64,000 nt of DNA from Candidatus Bathyarchaeota archaeon (GCA_963775465.1 CAVZIW010000001.1:192001-256000), one strand, 5' to 3'. Positions 1 to 10,277 are shown, numbered from the stretch's first letter. Numbers and translations: made by a program. The notes: generated by a model from the sequence alone, not told the origin.

Positions 1-1882
1 AGGGTGCACCGCGGGGTCTAGGATCGATCGGTGAGTGTTCTTCATGACCTACGTAAATTTTCCCGTCTGAAATGAAGAGTATTCCAAGCCACCAATCGTT
101 AGCCCATAGTATTTCGTTGTATGGGTCATTTGCATGGTACTGCCATAGCAGATCCCCTGTCTTGGCGTCATAGCAGTACACTATTCCAGCAGCACCGGTT
201 GAGTAGTATTTGTCGTATGCTATGCATGGGCCAACTGTTTGCGAGTAGATGTTTAGGTAGTATTCTGGGTCATCAGTTTCCCATAAGAGTTGACCTGTTT
301 CAGTGCTGAAAGCATAGTGTTTTCGTTCCTCTCTCGCAAAAACTGAAATCATGCCATCTTTGCCTTGAGAACTAGCAGCTGCCGTGCTTATTGTTAGGTT
401 GCTCCATTCTGAAGGTGCATTCCACGTATTACTGAAGAGTAATTGACCTTCACTTCCAGTTTCTCTGCTTAAGCCCCATAGTTTTACTGATGTTTGGGTT
501 ACACTGCCGCCTATTATTCTATCGTCGAGCACATAGAGTACGCTTCCAGGTAAGTTGTTTGGAATTGTTTTGTTCCAATGGTATCCTGCTAATCCAAAAG
601 GTGTGTTAGGTGTTGTAACTGGCGCACCGAACATGTTAGTGATAGGCCCAGTTGCATTGATTTTTTTTCCCATGGGTTGCCATTGACCATAACCCATTGA
701 TCCTAGGTCTGTGCTAGCGTATAATTGCGGTATGTTTGTCGAGTTCCATAGTGTCATCCAGCCATTTTGAGTGTTGACTGTGTAGATCAGAAATTCGCCT
801 TTTTCGCCTCTTGTCATGCTGCCTGTTGGAATGCCTGTTAAGCTGTATACCCAGTCTCCTGTGAAGGGATCAAAGAAGTTCCATGTGGGGGGTGTCGGGT
901 CAAAGAAGCCACCACCAACAGCTGAAATCAGATAATCGTAGACGCCGTGGTAGTCGTAGGTGTCCCAGTACATTAGTTGACCTCGTGTAATTGTTCGGTT
1001 ATCGAGCAAAGGTCTAGACCAAAGTTCTTTGCCGGTGTGTAAGTCAACACATGCTGTCTCTTTGTATCTGTCGTTTCCAGCGTATTTTTCATAGTATAGT
1101 TTTCCAGCTATTATCAGGGGGTTTCCTCCACCGAAAACTCCTGCGCCAAATTTACCTTCGTATGCATCTCCCATGTCATACGAGTGTTCAGTTAGTGTTT
1201 GTCCGTTATCAAGTGCCCCACCGACTGTTCCGCCCGATGTAAATGGTTTTGTCCAAAGGATGTGTGCTGTTTCTGGAGCTTGGTTATATGGAGCAAATTT
1301 GTTTGCGGGGGTCTCAAGCCAACTTCCAGCGATTTGAGCCCATTCTCTGTGTTGCGCATCGAAGGGTCTGCTCCAGTATTCTGTTGGCAATGGAAAGCCT
1401 GGATAATATGAAACTTGTTCTTCTTGGACGGTAAGGGTCAATTCCTCGCTTTGGCTTGCTTGCATTACTGTATTGGGAGGTATTGTCATTCCAAATAAGC
1501 CAGAGACTCCATTTACGCATATTTGCTCGGGGAAGTTACTGTGCATCGTATAATTGCCAATTTTATCAGGTACAAAAACGGTTCCAGATCCACCCGTTGA
1601 ATCTGTGCGGAAAGGACCTAGCGTTTTAGTATTTCCATCTGGGTCTTTGACTGTGATCGTTATTCCTTCCCAACCGTCCGGTTGGAGAGACAATTGGTCA
1701 GGGATGCCGAAGTGAAGCAGAACTTCTTGGCCCACACCGACGGGATTTGGCAAGGCACCAAGAAAAGCATAAGTTCTTTTTATGCTTGTTTGTGCACTAG
1801 CTTGCGGCAAAACAATGATCGATGTTGCAAAAAGCGCTATCAGAAGAATTGCAATTGTTTTTGTTTTTCTTACTTTTATCAT
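1..1882 (-). CDS. Secreted PQQ-like beta-propeller repeat protein (partial, runs off the left edge)
   Basis: Not in ORF track because no stop lies in the window. Manual translation from ATG 1882: MIKVRKTKTIAILLIALFATSIIVLPQASAQ (signal peptide), then PNPVGVGQ, TDSTGG, LPTEYWSRP, HILWTKP, CVDLHTGKELW. These motifs are shared with the paralogs at 19250-22008 and 55950-58655. Confidence 0.85.
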   Translation of the reverse strand, partial: MIKVRKTKTIAILLIALFATSIIVLPQASAQTSIKRTYAFLGALPNPVGVGQEVLLHFGIPDQLSLQPDGWEGITITVKDPDGNTKTLGPFRTDSTGGSGTVFVPDKIGNYTMHSNFPEQICVNGVSGLFGMTIPPNTVMQASQSEELTLTVQEEQVSYYPGFPLPTEYWSRPFDAQHREWAQIAGSWLETPANKFAPYNQAPETAHILWTKPFTSGGTVGGALDNGQTLTEHSYDMGDAYEGKFGAGVFGGGNPLIIAGKLYYEKYAGNDRYKETACVDLHTGKELWSRPLLDNRTITRGQLMYWDTYDYHGVYDYLISAVGGGFFDPTPPTWNFFDPFTGDWVYSLTGIPTGSMTRGEKGEFLIYTVNTQNGWMTLWNSTNIPQLYASTDLGSMGYGQWQPMGKKINATGPITNMFGAPVTTPNTPFGLAGYHWNKTIPNNLPGSVLYVLDDRIIGGSVTQTSVKLWGLSRETGSEGQLLFSNTWNAPSEWSNLTISTAAASSQGKDGMISVFAREERKHYAFSTETGQLLWETDDPEYYLNIYSQTVGPCIAYDKYYSTGAAGIVYCYDAKTGDLLWQYHANDPYNEILWANDWWLGILFISDGKIYVGHEEHSPIDPRPRGAP

Positions 1883-1898
1883 GTTTTTTTCTCCTCTT

Positions 1899-1922
1899 TG
1901 TGTACACTTGTCAGTGTACACA
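1899..1922. promoter_or_regulatory. Perfect 9-bp inverted repeat (TGTGTACAC-N6-GTGTACACA) between TATA box and start of the beta-propeller gene
   Basis: Seen directly. A minus-strand TATA-like TTATATAC lies at ~1944-1951 and the ATG is at 1882. Confidence 0.5.
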
Positions 1923-2313
1923 GCGCCTTTTTGTTACCTTTTAGTATATAAGTTTTTAATTAAACGATACATACTTCAAATTTTTTATTTAAATAATGGA
2001 TTAAAGGTCAATGATTAATTAGGCACGCGAGTTTTTATCGCTAAAAGAATGAAAAAACGCAATAAATCGCCATACAGATTTGCTAGTTTGGGCCTACTTG
2101 TCTATATTTAATTATAAAAATGATTAACCAGCAAAATTGCAATTATAATCAGAGTAAATTAAAAATCTAAGAGTATAAAGAATAGGATGATGTAGCCTTC
2201 AAAACATTTTCTAAAAAGACAACTTAAATTTTCCCACGAAAACGTAAATAAACATCTGTAACATTGATGGTATAGCCTCTCCCTAAAAAGTAACCGAAAA
2301 CACCAAAATAAGT

Positions 2314-2390
2314 GCCGAGGTAGCTCAGCCTGGGAGAGCGCTCGGCTGAAGACCGAGTCGTCGCAGGTTCAAACCCTGCCCTCGGCACCA
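2314..2390 (+). tRNA. tRNA-Phe (GAA), intronless, CCA encoded
   Basis: Acceptor stem GCCGAGG/CCTCGGC, anticodon arm CTCGG-CTGAAGA-CCGAG, T arm GCAGG-TTCAAAC-CCTG, 3' end ACCA. Confidence 0.97.
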
Positions 2391-2442
2391 CAATGGTAAT
2401 TTGGAATCAGTTAGCGACACTTTCAAGTGTTGCCTTATTTTC

Positions 2443-3066
2443 TTAAGGAATTTGACGCTGTCCAAATCGCATACAAACTCGAGTCCAAACTCTATTGAGT
2501 TTTGTATTTTCTGTTATAGATTCTTCTCTATAATCGTGTTTTTCACTTTTATTGTACATAAAAAGTGTAACTGCAATTAGAAAAACACAATTGCCGATTA
2601 TAAGAAAAACATTGTTTAGAATAACCCCTATCGCTGTTACGATGAATGAACAACAAATAATAAGGGATGCAATTTTCCAATTCATATATCTAAGATTTAG
2701 CGCAGGGGCTTTTGTAGTGGTCTCTTTCTCTTGCTTAATTTCCTTAGTTACGGTTGAAGAATTGTTTTGTTCAGCACTGTCTTTTTGAATAATAGACAGA
2801 ATTTGGTTTTTGTCTAATTTTCTGCCCAGATATTCTGCCCCTCTACCATCGTTAGCTGTTAAATCAAGTTCTGCCCATTCAAAACCTCTGAAGGGTACAA
2901 TGTGTAAATTCCATTTTGCCCCGCAGATTTTGCATGTAAGAGTATCTTTTTCACCGGCGGTTAAATGGACCGAGAAAGTTCCTTTAGCTGAAGCATTGCA
3001 GATTGGACAGGATTTGAAATAGTTTCTAAGCTCTATCGCAAATTCTTGCAGGTTAACCATTCGCAA
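2443..3066 (-). CDS. Hypothetical zinc-ribbon protein with two C-terminal TM helices
   Basis: CPIC...CKIC Cys pairs; two hydrophobic segments near the C-terminus. Confidence 0.7.
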   Translation of the reverse strand: MRMVNLQEFAIELRNYFKSCPICNASAKGTFSVHLTAGEKDTLTCKICGAKWNLHIVPFRGFEWAELDLTANDGRGAEYLGRKLDKNQILSIIQKDSAEQNNSSTVTKEIKQEKETTTKAPALNLRYMNWKIASLIICCSFIVTAIGVILNNVFLIIGNCVFLIAVTLFMYNKSEKHDYREESITENTKLNRVWTRVCMRFGQRQIP

Positions 3067-3440
3067 TCACCAAGGCATATAATCTGCTAGTTGAATGCTT
3101 AAACTTTTGCAATTTTTCTCTTTGTCCTTTTGCAGCTATTTGCCTATATTTCTTAATTAAATTAGGCTTCTTTGTTTTAATGTTTTTATGAGGTTTAGCT
3201 AAAAAAACTTATCTTATAACATGCTTAGAAAAAGAGGGTTGAAAAACATCGAGAATTCATTAAGAATTGTATCCTTGTGGCGCAACAGACTTCTAATAAA
3301 GAATTTAAAAATTATTGCTTGGAAGGGTTTACTATAGAAAACTCTAAAGCTGAAGTTTGTCCCTAAATATGGATATAGTTAAGACGTAAATAAACTTTTA
3401 AAATAGAAAAAGGAAATTGTGAGGTTAAAATCTCCATCAA

Positions 3441-3475
3441 TCCCAGGTTCAAACCTTACACTCGACTCCATAATG
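3441..3475 (+). repeat. Degenerate copy of tRNA-Phe 3' end (att-like)
   Basis: TCCCAGGTTCAAACCTTACACTCGACTCCATAATG vs 2361-2395 TCGCAGGTTCAAACCCTGCCCTCGGCACCACAATG: 28/35 identical, ungapped. Confidence 0.7.
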
Positions 3476-3550
3476 AAAAATTTGAATAGCTATGGTTTTC
3501 TTTCTTTTTCTGAAGATTAAAATCATCCGAAAAGCAATCAGGCTTAAAAA

Positions 3551-3793
3551 TTAAGAGGTATTTTTGAACGCCTTGGATAGTCTCCAAATGAGAAATCCGA
3601 TTGCTGCAACAACGAAGCTTATGATTGTAAAGGTGTCTACCCTAATCCAAGGTATGAGATGGGATAGACCAAGATTAAGCCATTCTGGATGAGTCAATTG
3701 TACTAGGATGCCATAAATCCAAGCTATCAGGCCGAAGAAAAAAATAAATTCTCCGAAAACCTCGAAAATATTTAGTTTAAGATTTACAACCAT
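3551..3793 (-). CDS. Small two-TM membrane protein
   Basis: 80 aa with two hydrophobic helices. Confidence 0.7.
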   Translation of the reverse strand: MVVNLKLNIFEVFGEFIFFFGLIAWIYGILVQLTHPEWLNLGLSHLIPWIRVDTFTIISFVVAAIGFLIWRLSKAFKNTS

Positions 3794-3915
3794 AAATTGT
3801 AACCTTCTTTGTTTTGAACTGGTTTGAAAGGGCTATCTAAACTATCTTTGGGGAGTATAAAAATGAGGCTGCTTTGAGTTTATAAGACAGGTCCTGTAAA
3901 TAGATGTTGACCAAG

Positions 3916-4140
3916 TTATTGCTTTGTTTTCAGCCCAAACATAACGGCTAATCCGACAACAAACAAAATTACGCTAGCAATCATAAATGGCAAATAAGAT
4001 GTTGCGGTTATCTCATTTCCCAAAATAAAATAAACGCCAGCTTCGCTTGGAACATGAGAAGCTAGCCAAGCTGTAACTATTAGAAAAAAAGCTCCAAAGA
4101 TAACAATTGTCAAACCGATACTACGAAATTTGTTTACCAT
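3916..4140 (-). CDS. Small two-TM membrane protein
   Basis: 74 aa with two hydrophobic helices and basic termini. Confidence 0.7.
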   Translation of the reverse strand: MVNKFRSIGLTIVIFGAFFLIVTAWLASHVPSEAGVYFILGNEITATSYLPFMIASVILFVVGLAVMFGLKTKQ

Positions 4141-4486
4141 CTACTTGCACTTCGTTAGACTGAAACGCTGAAACTCAATTAACATGCGAACTTTAGCATA
4201 GCTGTTCTTGAATGGCAATATTTTCGATGCATTGAAATTCAAGTGCTGCCCATTCTTCAGTTTTAACATCATTTTTCTTAGTTTTTGTTCTTCTGCGTTG
4301 CATAATTTACAACTTAAAGCTGGATTATATTATATTTATGAATTACAAATCACTATCACATTTAAGCGGTCTATTTCTGAATATCCTTATCATATAGTGC
4401 CAGTTATTGAATTTAGACTTGGCAAATCACTGAAAATCCTCTAAATCTTTAATAAATTCGTCTTAATTAATAGAGCAACTCGATAC

Positions 4487-4518
4487 CGTTAGAGGTTCAA
4501 ACTCTGTCTTCGACATCG
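4487..4518 (+). repeat. Second, more decayed copy of tRNA-Phe 3' end
   Basis: CGTTAGAGGTTCAAACTCTGTCTTCGACATCG vs tRNA CGTCGCAGGTTCAAACCCTGCCCTCGGCACCA: 23/32 identical, mostly C>T and G>A transitions. Confidence 0.55.
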
Positions 4519-4561
4519 AGATTACTTAAACATAGCTAAACAAATTATTTGAGGCTTAAAA

Positions 4562-5113
4562 ATGGAACTTGATGATTGCATTAAAGGTAGACGCAGCGTA
4601 AGAGCTTACACAGATGAAGCTGTCGCAGAGGAGCATATTGAAAAAGTTCTTGAAGCAGAAACATGGGCACCAACAGGAATGGCAAGAGAACCCTGGAGAT
4701 TCGTAGTTGTTGAAAACAAAAAGTTAATTGAATATGTTTCGGAGGAAACCAAACTTGCCGTTAAACAAGCTATGCCACCTCTAGCAGAACGTTTCTCCTG
4801 CAAAGAAGACATCATTTGCTATAATGCACCTGCACTCATAATGGTATGTGCAGAAAAAGACAGCCAATGGGAAAACATTAACTTGCTCGACAGCGTGCTT
4901 GCAACACAAAATATGTTCTTGAAAGCATATGAATTGGGACTTGGAACATGTTACATGGGATACGTGAACCTTCTAAACAAAAAGCCTGAGGTACTCAAAA
5001 AAATTGGGCTTCCGGATAATTATCAAATGATGGTTCCTTTCATAATTGGGCATCCAAAAGTAAAACAGGGTGCTGGAAAAAGAGCTAAACCAAAAACCAA
5101 ATGGATCAACTAA
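4562..5113 (+). CDS. Nitroreductase family protein
   Basis: RRSVRAY, APTG..EPWRFVVV, QNMFLKAYELGLGTC motifs. Confidence 0.92.
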   Translation: MELDDCIKGRRSVRAYTDEAVAEEHIEKVLEAETWAPTGMAREPWRFVVVENKKLIEYVSEETKLAVKQAMPPLAERFSCKEDIICYNAPALIMVCAEKDSQWENINLLDSVLATQNMFLKAYELGLGTCYMGYVNLLNKKPEVLKKIGLPDNYQMMVPFIIGHPKVKQGAGKRAKPKTKWIN

Positions 5114-5699
5114 CTTTTCTTTCATCTTTTGGCAAAACAATTTCCTGATTCACTTCACCATACTTAACAGCTCTACCTTCCAAAAGTAAAAAACCCACAT
5201 AAGCGCAAGTTACCGCATCAAGTTCATGATCACTCATTTGCCTGCTAAGCCCAGATATGCCTAATCTTTCTAAGCTAACTCGTAATTTGTCAAGTCCCTT
5301 TTGTTTTCTAGGAATGCAAAGTACATCTTGAGCACCTCCTGGGTAAACTTCGATAACTCTAAATCCTTTTTTCTCAAAAATTTCTCTCAATGCAATACCT
5401 CTTAGAGTTAACTTTCGCATTGGTCCTAATGTGATAGGGAATAATTTTATCCCAATTTTAAGAATCGCTCTATCACATTCTCTAAGGTGCACGCTTGTTC
5501 TCTCTTCAATGCTTTTCCTTCCCGGCGGCAAACACAGAGGTGCATCGATAGCGATTAGACGAGGTTTGATCTTGGCAATTCTTTCCAGAATTTCTTCATC
5601 TGTTTATAGCAAGCATGTACTAACGTTCATATTGGCAAAAACACAGAAACCCGTAGGTCTGGTTTCAACACCCGCTAAATCTACACCAACAATCGACAT
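5106..5699 (-). pseudogene. DUF429-like (RNase H-fold) protein interrupted by in-frame TAA at 5604-5606
   Basis: From ATG 5699: MSIVGVDLAGVETRPTGFC...CLL*TDEEIL...IAIDAPLCLP, continuing in frame into the 5106-5531 ORF (IEVYPG, HELDAVTCA). Confidence 0.7.
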
Positions 5700-5906
5700 T
5701 ACAATCACAGGAATAAGAGTAATCAAACATGCTAAAATATTTCTTTTCCCGCCGCAATAGAATGGAAAAGTTGCCTGTTTTAAGTAAAAATAAGGGCACA
5801 GTCCATATTGTATCGTTTAAAAAAGACCAATTTTAGCTCATTTAAGTGCAATCAATAGAAAGTGTTTTATGCTGATTGATATGATACGTTGTTTCTGAGG
5901 AATAAT

Positions 5907-6071
5907 ATGGCAAAATGTCCCACATGTGGAAAAGAAGTAAAAAACGCTAAAAAAACTTGGAAGATGGCTGGGAAACCAGACAAACAAGGCAAACGGACAC
6001 AGCTTACCATTGGCCTCTATGACTGCTGCGGTAAGACCTTCCGTGAAGTTTTAGACAAGAAAAAGATCTAA
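5907..6071 (+). CDS. Cren7-like small chromatin protein with Cys pairs
   Basis: MAKCPTCGKEV..KKTWKMAG..KQGKR..LTIGLYDCCGKTFR resembles the Cren7 pattern KxW..P.GRKG..IGLF...GKYFR. Basic, 54 aa. Confidence 0.65.
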   Translation: MAKCPTCGKEVKNAKKTWKMAGKPDKQGKRTQLTIGLYDCCGKTFREVLDKKKI

Positions 6072-6142
6072 ATAAGGAAATTTTTTATTTCCTTTTCTAT
6101 TTTTTCTTCAACAACTTTAAAATTCCATACTTTAGCTATCAA

Positions 6143-6814
6143 CTAAATTATTCTTGTTGAAATTGTGTCCTTGCCTTCTATTAATGATAAAACACGCTCA
6201 GGAAACAAGCCGCTAACAACATAGCAATCAATATGAAATCTTGAAACAAGTCTAGGAGTACAGATGTCGACGCTTGTCCGCTCATTCTGTTCTGAAAGCT
6301 GTTTTGAAGATATTTTCTTAATCAGTTTTTCGTCAGAATGTTCTTTTGGATTGCCTCTATAGATCCCATCTACATCGGTAACAAGTAATACTTTCTTAAT
6401 AGACAAGCGACTTGCAAGATAAACAGCAATGGCGTCAGAGGTCACATTCCAAGAGTATTCCAAAGGGTCCTCGTTTTCCATAAAGCTTGATGGTAAGAAA
6501 ACAGCAAGTTTTCTTGAATCTAGCACATCCTGTATTTTCTTAATATCGTTAATTGGGAGTGAGTTAGGCATCAAGTTGACTAGTAGGAGCCCATATTGAT
6601 CCATGCCTAGAATTGCCATCCGATGGGCGATTCTATCCGACAAGTCAAAGCGCTGATTAACCACCCTTACTGCGTCTGCAAATTCGCCTCCTCCAGGTAC
6701 CACAACCAACTGTTGTTCTTTAGAATAATCACTCAACTTCGCGCATAATTCCTGAAGCGCCTGAGGTTGCAGTGCCAAGCTTCCGCCAACCTTCAACAAA
6801 ACTGCATTCATCAT
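6143..6814 (-). CDS. mfnE: [5-(aminomethyl)furan-3-yl]methyl phosphate kinase (amino-acid kinase family)
   Basis: KVGGSL, VPGGGEFAD, HRMAI.GMDQYG, SWNVTSDAIA, TDVDGIY; operon context. Confidence 0.85.
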   Translation of the reverse strand: MMNAVLLKVGGSLALQPQALQELCAKLSDYSKEQQLVVVPGGGEFADAVRVVNQRFDLSDRIAHRMAILGMDQYGLLLVNLMPNSLPINDIKKIQDVLDSRKLAVFLPSSFMENEDPLEYSWNVTSDAIAVYLASRLSIKKVLLVTDVDGIYRGNPKEHSDEKLIKKISSKQLSEQNERTSVDICTPRLVSRFHIDCYVVSGLFPERVLSLIEGKDTISTRII

Positions 6815-7863
6815 GTACTCTCCAGTTTGTTAGCTAACATTAAAGACACCCCAAATGCGGGAGTAGCGTAAACCGCTTCATCCTGCAATAAGTCGCTTAA
6901 ATCGATTATTTCGTCAGCGCCAATTTTCTTTGCAGCTTCACGTGCAATAAAATTCTTCCCAAGTCCTGTAACCACAACAGGAAGCTTAGCCGAATTATGG
7001 AGTTTAATTCGATTGTAGACTTGGGCTAAACTTTTTGCTGCCCGATCGATTTGCTGTTTATGGATGTATTTTGCTATCTGCAAAAGTTCTTCCTTTCCCA
7101 ATATTTCTGTATCTGCGCAAACTACTCTCGCGAGTCTATCTAAAGCGTCAGGAATAGTTTTTGTTCTTCCATCCGCTGTTTCAGTCGTGTAATTGCTTTC
7201 CGTAATATTGCCTAAGATCAAGTGAACATCCGCTGATAATGCGAATAGTTCCGAAGAAACACCCGCTTCACCGCCTCTGATTGGAATTGACTGAACAATG
7301 GCGGCCACATTAGTTCGCAAACTTCCAGTGTAAACAAGTTCACCGCAGAGAAGCTTGTCCAGATCAGTTTTTCCGCAAGCAGTCACTTTTCCATCTACGA
7401 CGGGTATTATGCTGGTGCTTGTACTCCCTACATCAACAATTACACAATCCCTTAACTGCAAAGAAACTAGCCAACCTGTTGCAGCCCAGTTTGCGGCGGC
7501 AACTTCAAGTGGCTTTTTAACAGCGTCAGCAAGAGGGATTAATTTTGCCGCTATGTTAAGAACATAGATTGGTACATCAGAGAAAATAGTCTTTACAGAA
7601 GACAGAATGTGCTTGACGCCTTCTCTTTTGGTTTGGTACGCGTCAGACAATTCAGCTGTCATGGTTACTGCCAAACCATCAATTTTTTTGACCTTTAACT
7701 GCTGCTTTAGGTCATTGAGTACTTGGGTAAGTTTTTGCGGGTTTTTCCAGATTGGAAAGTATTGTGATGCACTCTTAACATCGAGTGTTTTTCCCTTTTG
7801 CTGTGATATGAAAACGGCTTTAGTATTTGCGCCGCCGATGTCATAGCCTAACACATTGACCAA
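6811..7863 (-). CDS. mfnF: Methanofuran-coupling enzyme, hydantoinase-A/ASKHA family
   Basis: GYDIGGANTK, VTMTAELSD, AAANW, DVGSTSTSIIP, GELVYTG..RT, TADGR. Confidence 0.88.
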   Translation of the reverse strand: MVNVLGYDIGGANTKAVFISQQKGKTLDVKSASQYFPIWKNPQKLTQVLNDLKQQLKVKKIDGLAVTMTAELSDAYQTKREGVKHILSSVKTIFSDVPIYVLNIAAKLIPLADAVKKPLEVAAANWAATGWLVSLQLRDCVIVDVGSTSTSIIPVVDGKVTACGKTDLDKLLCGELVYTGSLRTNVAAIVQSIPIRGGEAGVSSELFALSADVHLILGNITESNYTTETADGRTKTIPDALDRLARVVCADTEILGKEELLQIAKYIHKQQIDRAAKSLAQVYNRIKLHNSAKLPVVVTGLGKNFIAREAAKKIGADEIIDLSDLLQDEAVYATPAFGVSLMLANKLEST

Positions 7864-7875
7864 AAATAGGTCTCC

Positions 7876-9099
7876 TTATCTGTTAATGTCTTCAAGTTGC
7901 TTTTTAGCTTGCTCTAAAGTTGAGCATGCGATTTCTACTTTTTCTCCATAGCCGATTGCAAGAGCATATGATTTGGCGTTGCCTTGCAAGGGAAAAGGAG
8001 GAGAAACTATGGATGCAAGTTTTGATGCTTTTTGATAAACTACCATTGTTGGTTTTGGTGTCTGTTGTTTTGAGAAACATGCAAATCCATGAATTTCAGT
8101 TTTTGTCGGCAGTCTGCCTAATACAACGGAATTAATCAATAACTCCGCTACATTGAAGTTGACGACTTTTCGTAAACCCACATATGAAGTTGTTAACCGA
8201 GGATTAACGTCCAAGACGAAAGCCGTGTCTTCTGATAAAACCATGTCTACTCCTACATAGCCTTTTAAGCCTTGAAATGACTCAACAGCTTTCTCTGCTA
8301 GGTCTAACGCAGCATCTTTAAGAGGATGCTCAAAAGGAACGATACCGCCTTCATAGCTCGAAGACTGGTCTGGACCAGAAACCTTCACACTCTGTTTGTT
8401 TAAACAGATTCCCAAAGCTTTCTTTCCAGTTGAAAGCAAACTTACGCTAGCCGGTTCTCCTTTTATGAATTCTTGGACAATGAAATGGTCATTGGCTGAT
8501 TCTAAGTTGATTTTAGACAGAGCTTTTTCAATTTGTTTTTCATCCTCAATTATGCTAAGCCCATTTGCTCCGACGCCATCCGAAGGTTTGAAGATCAATG
8601 GATAAGTTAGTTCTCGAATGATGCTTCGTTTGATTTGCTTTATATCTTCATCTTTTTTCAACACCAATGTTCTAGGAACCGAGAAACCGTTTTTTTCCAG
8701 CTCCGTGTAGAGAAGAGCTTTGTCCGTAACCTTGGAAATGACCTTAGATTCACAGTTTAATGTTACTTTCCCAGTTTCCTCGATTAACTTTACCATTGAA
8801 GGAAGATATTTTTCTTTTTCAGGCGCGATTACATACGCGGCATCGTTAACTTTGGCGATGTTACTAAGAAACTGTTTTGGCTCATTTGAGTATAGTATTG
8901 GAACTATAAAGTCAGCATCAATGGGTGGATTAAGCATTGATAACCTTCCATCCAAAAGAACCGTGACTGTATGTCCTACAGCTTTAAAATCTGCTGCTAT
9001 GCTACGCATCATTGCGAAGCCTTCAGCCAAAAAGCTCGGAGGAATAGGATGCTCGCAGTATCCTCCTCCTGAAACATGCTCATAAACGATAATTTTCAA
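7876..9099 (-). CDS. mfnD: Tyramine--L-glutamate ligase (ATP-grasp)
   Basis: EG.AM, IAPE, KPSDGVG, QEFIKG, GYVGVD, DVNPRLTTSYVGL; operon context. Confidence 0.85.
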   Translation of the reverse strand: MKIIVYEHVSGGGYCEHPIPPSFLAEGFAMMRSIAADFKAVGHTVTVLLDGRLSMLNPPIDADFIVPILYSNEPKQFLSNIAKVNDAAYVIAPEKEKYLPSMVKLIEETGKVTLNCESKVISKVTDKALLYTELEKNGFSVPRTLVLKKDEDIKQIKRSIIRELTYPLIFKPSDGVGANGLSIIEDEKQIEKALSKINLESANDHFIVQEFIKGEPASVSLLSTGKKALGICLNKQSVKVSGPDQSSSYEGGIVPFEHPLKDAALDLAEKAVESFQGLKGYVGVDMVLSEDTAFVLDVNPRLTTSYVGLRKVVNFNVAELLINSVVLGRLPTKTEIHGFACFSKQQTPKPTMVVYQKASKLASIVSPPFPLQGNAKSYALAIGYGEKVEIACSTLEQAKKQLEDINR

Positions 9100-9142
9100 G
9101 ATAACTCACTTACAAGAAGACAACAAGACAAAACTGTTCCGT

Positions 9143-10276
9143 TTATAGTTTTTCTGTCTCTAAATCTTTAAGAAAAGCCTGAACATGCTTGCGCTTTACG
9201 TGGGGCATGACGACGATTCGGATGCAGTCATACCTTGGAACATAGGAGATAAACCAGCCGCGTTTAGCCATCTTCAATGCGAGAGCTCTTGTGTTTTCAG
9301 ATTTGAAGGCTAATAGATTAAGCTCTGGCTCGACAATTATTTTGAATCCAAGTTTCTTGAGACCTTTTGCTATCAGTTGGCTGTTTTTTATGCACGATAC
9401 GACTGCTTTCTTAAAGCCGTCGATTCCTAGAAATTTGAAGACTGCCCATGCCGAAGCTGCAGAGGCTCCCGTTCTTGTTCCAACAAACGTATATTGATTT
9501 CTTTCGGTCAAGTATGGAGTTTGAGTTTTAATGAAATTCAAGGGGGTTTTGTCTCTGAAAAGAATCCCACCCGTTGGAATTGCCGCCATCCCCATCTTGT
9601 GAGGGTCAACTGTGATAGATTTCACGCCAACTAAACTAAAATTAAAAGGCATTCGGGGTTGAGGCAAAAATGGAACGATTAAGCCGCCGAAGGCTGCATC
9701 AACGTGTAACCAAATATCATGCTTTCGGGCAATATTCGAGAGCTTGTCAATTGGGTCAATTATGCCTAATTCTGCCGTTCCAACTGTACCCACTATTGCA
9801 ACGGTTTTTTCTGTAATTTTATTTTCCACTTCAACAGGAATAACTCTGAAAGAGGAATCTAATTTTGCGTAAACCGGCTTTATGTTTAGTAAATTGCAGA
9901 TTTTAGTGAACGAGAAATGCGCTGATTCAGCTAAGACAACTTCGGGCTCTTTTGCTTTCTTCATGTTTCTTGCTGCCAGCAGGGCCATCAGGTTTGCTTC
10001 TGTACCTCCTGAAACCAGAAATCCTGTTGCACCCTTGTTGCTTAGGAGTGAGGCAAGGTGATTTATGACTCCCCGTTCGAGTTGTGCGGCTCCTGGAAAT
10101 AATCCAGAGTCTCCAAGGTTTGTTTCAAAAAATATTTCATATGCTCTTTTGGCTATCGGGTGCGGTTTGGTGGACATCGAACATAGTATCTTGCCATCTC
10201 TATATTTTTGGTCTAGACGGTGAATTTTTTTTAATTGTTTTAGAACGTCTTTTTGGCTTTGATCGATTGGCAGCAA
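9143..10276 (-). CDS. mfnA: L-tyrosine/L-aspartate decarboxylase (PLP group II)
   Basis: TNLGD.GLFPG, SGGTEAN, AHFSF, HVDAAFGG, DPHKMG, GTRTG. Confidence 0.93.
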   Translation of the reverse strand: MLPIDQSQKDVLKQLKKIHRLDQKYRDGKILCSMSTKPHPIAKRAYEIFFETNLGDSGLFPGAAQLERGVINHLASLLSNKGATGFLVSGGTEANLMALLAARNMKKAKEPEVVLAESAHFSFTKICNLLNIKPVYAKLDSSFRVIPVEVENKITEKTVAIVGTVGTAELGIIDPIDKLSNIARKHDIWLHVDAAFGGLIVPFLPQPRMPFNFSLVGVKSITVDPHKMGMAAIPTGGILFRDKTPLNFIKTQTPYLTERNQYTFVGTRTGASAASAWAVFKFLGIDGFKKAVVSCIKNSQLIAKGLKKLGFKIIVEPELNLLAFKSENTRALALKMAKRGWFISYVPRYDCIRIVVMPHVKRKHVQAFLKDLETEKL

Positions 10277-10277
10277 G

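Noticed and set aside
4193-4303. 36-aa minus-strand ORF MQRRRTKTKKNDVKTEEWAALEFQCIENIAIQEQLC
   Set aside because: No clear RBS or motif; cannot be distinguished from a chance ORF.
5604-5606. Stop-codon recoding (Sec/Pyl) in the DUF429-like gene
   Set aside because: The codon is TAA at an expected Tyr; a point mutation or error is simpler.
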